From the IMG/VR virus record IMGVR_UViG_3300046004_000626: a stretch of 59,607 nt of DNA, one strand, 5' to 3'. The notes below the pieces were generated by a model that had not been told where the DNA came from, did no database searches, and saw only the letters and a list, made by a program, of their open reading frames with translations. Each line of letters starts with the position of its first letter. The first letter of the stretch is position 1. Source of the DNA: an uncultured virus (IMG/VR IMGVR_UViG_3300046004_000626). Lineage: Duplodnaviria; Heunggongvirae; Uroviricota; Caudoviricetes. Both the position numbers and the translations under genes were made by a program. This document shows, piece after piece, positions 58,616 through 59,607 of this stretch.

Positions 58616-59401
58616 ATGAAATATAATTTAAAAGCAACAGTAAGTATGATGTTTTTAGCATTGTCAACGTCGGTAATGGCCGCAGGCCCAACAGGTCCTA
58701 ACCGTGTTTACATTGAACAATTGGGTAACACCAATAATGTTACAATTGAACAAGTTGGCGGTACTAACGATGTTGGTGGTACTGCTGGTAGTGTAGCAGT
58801 TGACGCAACAGGTCTAAGTACATTAACAGTAACAGCACCTAGTACTAGTAACTATGCTACAATTAACGGTAGTAATAACGGTGTAACTATAACGCAAACT
58901 GGTGATGATAACCAAGCACAGTATAATATTAAGGGTGGTACTAATACCTATACAAGTACTGTAACTGGTGATGGTAATCAAAGTAAACTTACTATTGGTA
59001 ATACCAACACTAACGGTATGCGCAATACTGTTACTGAGTCAATTACTGGTAGTACTAATATGTTGATTACTAATATTGTTGGCAGTGACAACGCATTATC
59101 AACTACTATCGGCGGTGATAATAACCAATTGACCACTACTGTAACTACTAGTAACGCTGATATTACCAACACTATTACTGGTAGTAATAATATATTTAAT
59201 ATACAACAAATTGATGCCGCAGGCAGTGCTGGTCATAGTTTAATCACATCAACTACAGGTGATTTTAACAGTATCACTACACAGCAACAAGGTACAAACG
59301 ATACTACATTAAATATTAGTACAACCGGCGATCATAACACTATTACTATACGTTCAAGTAGCAGTGCTATAGTAAGCCCAGTATCAGCAATAGTGAGATA
59401 G
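58616..59401 (+). CDS. secreted curlin-repeat (CsgA/CsgB-like) protein
   Basis: Signal peptide and many imperfect x-I-x-Q/T-x-G-x-x-N repeats, Thr/Asn/Gly-rich, directly after csgG. Confidence 0.7.
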   Translation: MKYNLKATVSMMFLALSTSVMAAGPTGPNRVYIEQLGNTNNVTIEQVGGTNDVGGTAGSVAVDATGLSTLTVTAPSTSNYATINGSNNGVTITQTGDDNQAQYNIKGGTNTYTSTVTGDGNQSKLTIGNTNTNGMRNTVTESITGSTNMLITNIVGSDNALSTTIGGDNNQLTTTVTTSNADITNTITGSNNIFNIQQIDAAGSAGHSLITSTTGDFNSITTQQQGTNDTTLNISTTGDHNTITIRSSSSAIVSPVSAIVR

Positions 59402-59404
59402 TCA

Positions 59405-59607
59405 ATGAAACTATTGCTTGCAATAGCATGCTTAGTAGCAACTACTAACGCATGGGCAGGCATTGGAACTGTAAGCGATACTAAAGGTACCGCTTGTTCA
59501 ATAGAGCGTGCTAAACAGACCCTGCCTGGCAACAAAGGTGCGACCATAGAAAGTATGGATACCTATGTTACAGGCGGCTGTGTTAGCAACATCACATTTA
59601 AAGATGA
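59405..59607 (+). CDS. secreted FecR-domain-like protein, 5' partial
   Basis: Not in the ORF track. MKLLLAIACLVATTNAWA-GIGTVSDTKG..IER..G..IESMD.YVT....ITFKD, running off the window end. Confidence 0.65.
   Translation, partial: MKLLLAIACLVATTNAWAGIGTVSDTKGTACSIERAKQTLPGNKGATIESMDTYVTGGCVSNITFKD

Noticed and set aside
813..59547. Numerous 60-120 aa antisense or alternate-frame ORFs in the track (e.g. 1200-1451, 12401-12679, 21982-22341, 26620-26949, 53563-53880)
   Set aside because: They are fully nested in well-supported genes and have no RBS, promoter or recognisable motif.
1..59607. Bacterial chromosome or prophage, given dnaK, fhs, iscU, rpsU and nrdAB
   Set aside because: The host-like genes are isolated from their normal operons and embedded among T4-like replication genes, late promoters and orphan ORFs. 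There is no integrase or host-phage boundary.
1..59607. Stop-codon reassignment
   Set aside because: Conserved genes are full length in the standard code, and TAA, TAG and TGA all end genes at expected positions.
1..59607. tRNA or rRNA genes
   Set aside because: No cloverleaf with T-loop and acceptor stem was recognised in the short intergenic gaps. A tRNAscan-SE run would be the definitive test.

Overview
This AT-rich, gene-dense window is a segment of a large lytic tailed-phage genome, not a bacterial chromosome. It has T4-like late promoters (TATAAATA/TAAATA) and near-consensus sigma70 early promoters. Core genes are a UvsW-like helicase, primase, DnaB-like helicase, NrdA/NrdB/glutaredoxin, a PD-(D/E)XK exonuclease and many putative virion proteins. 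It also carries many host-type genes: an internally deleted SAH hydrolase (ahcY), a Gram-negative porin, an NDP-sugar/methyltransferase/glycosyltransferase cluster, fhs, iscU, ribosomal protein bS21, dnaK-hsp20-clpS, and a curli-like module (csgF, csgG, a curlin-repeat protein and a FecR-like protein) cut by the window end. Porin, DnaK, IscU and Fhs suggest a proteobacterial host, possibly a betaproteobacterial methylotroph (inference). The most notable items are: the curli-like module with its own putative amyloid subunit; a 193-aa mini-DnaE keeping all three catalytic aspartates; an AhcY lacking its NAD-binding domain but keeping its C-terminal tail; an early operon with six small paralogues ending in F-x-L-[RK]-[WFYH]; repeated early-promoter cassettes; leaderless genes; and several candidate RNA elements. 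I recognised no tRNA, rRNA or CRISPR array. All product calls come from motif recognition by eye; no database searches were run.
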